A stretch of 55,253 bases of DNA from Patescibacteria group bacterium (GTDB lineage: Bacteria > Patescibacteriota > Minisyncoccia > Phycocordibacterales > CAIRYW01). Of the stretch, positions 55,091 through 55,253 are shown one piece after another; the first letter of the stretch is position 1; every line of letters begins with the position of its first letter. Location: assembly GCA_040389185.1 (NCBI GenBank), contig JAZKAJ010000017.1, positions 1 through 55,253 on the forward strand, written 5' to 3'. Both the position numbers and the translations under genes were made by a program. The notes under the pieces were generated by a model. It saw only the letters and a list, made by a program, of their open reading frames with translations. It did not search any database and had not been told where the DNA came from.

Positions 55091-55192
55091 ATGTACTTAA
55101 TAGAAAACTCTAATAACGGATACCAAACGAAGGGAAAGAAAAAAATCGATTTAAAAATATGGATTTATGGTTTAGGAATATATACAAAATGA
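55091..55192 (+). CDS. Possible 33-aa peptide MYLIENSNNGYQTKGKKKIDLKIWIYGLGIYTK
   Basis: AAAGGA 6-7 nt upstream of ATG; stop overlaps the terminator. Could be a chance ORF. Confidence 0.3.
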   Translation: MYLIENSNNGYQTKGKKKIDLKIWIYGLGIYTK

Positions 55193-55218
55193 GCGACGCC
55201 GCAGGCGTCGCTCATTTT
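55186..55218. terminator. GC-rich intrinsic terminator
   Basis: AAAATGAGCGACGCC-GCA-GGCGTCGCTCATTTT. Confidence 0.85.
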
Positions 55219-55253
55219 CTTATTCATAAATCTTGAATCGTAAATCCTATGCC

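Larger units (their letters stand above)
54697..55218 (+). ncRNA. Candidate ~520-nt structured RNA, family unknown
   Basis: Starts after a consensus promoter and ends at a GC terminator; long-range stems 54765-89/54899-923 and 55022-34/55120-32 plus several perfect hairpins. Confidence 0.5.

Noticed and set aside
1-55253. CRISPR array or cas genes
   Set aside because: No 23-47-bp direct repeats with unique regular spacers and no Cas-like ORFs; the repeats seen are palindromes or short tandem units.
1-55253. Alternative genetic code (UGA recoding as in Gracilibacteria/Absconditabacteria)
   Set aside because: Conserved genes are full length under code 11 with no interrupting in-frame TGA.

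Overview
A chromosomal segment that most resembles a Patescibacteria (CPR, Parcubacteria-like) genome, inferred from gene content and protein style; standard code 11. It spans the probable replication origin (jag-yidC-rnpA-rpmH | GNAT orphan | dnaA-oriC-dnaN). Housekeeping genes include cca, xth, a Xer recombinase, rpsO, pnp, comM, uvrD/pcrA, rsmA, a class A PBP, tyrS, ruvC and ruvB. A 16.6-kb cluster (24761-41361) encodes a relaxase-less type IV secretion-like system (VirB6-like, PrgI/VirB3-like, VirB4, two VirB2-like pilins sharing an exact 354-bp block, one fused to a lytic-transglycosylase-like domain). There are three TrmB regulators, each divergent from an accessory gene. The most unusual item is a non-canonical tRNA-Ile(UAU) with a 6-bp T-stem, joined by a 1-nt gap to a free-standing archaeal-type ThrRS editing domain. 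Two ~520-nt promoter-to-terminator intervals lack long ORFs but are heavily base-paired (candidate large ncRNAs). Several families of intergenic palindromes and ~100-bp inverted-repeat elements occur, and many genes have a leaderless-type promoter architecture. All family assignments come from motif recognition by eye; no searches were run.
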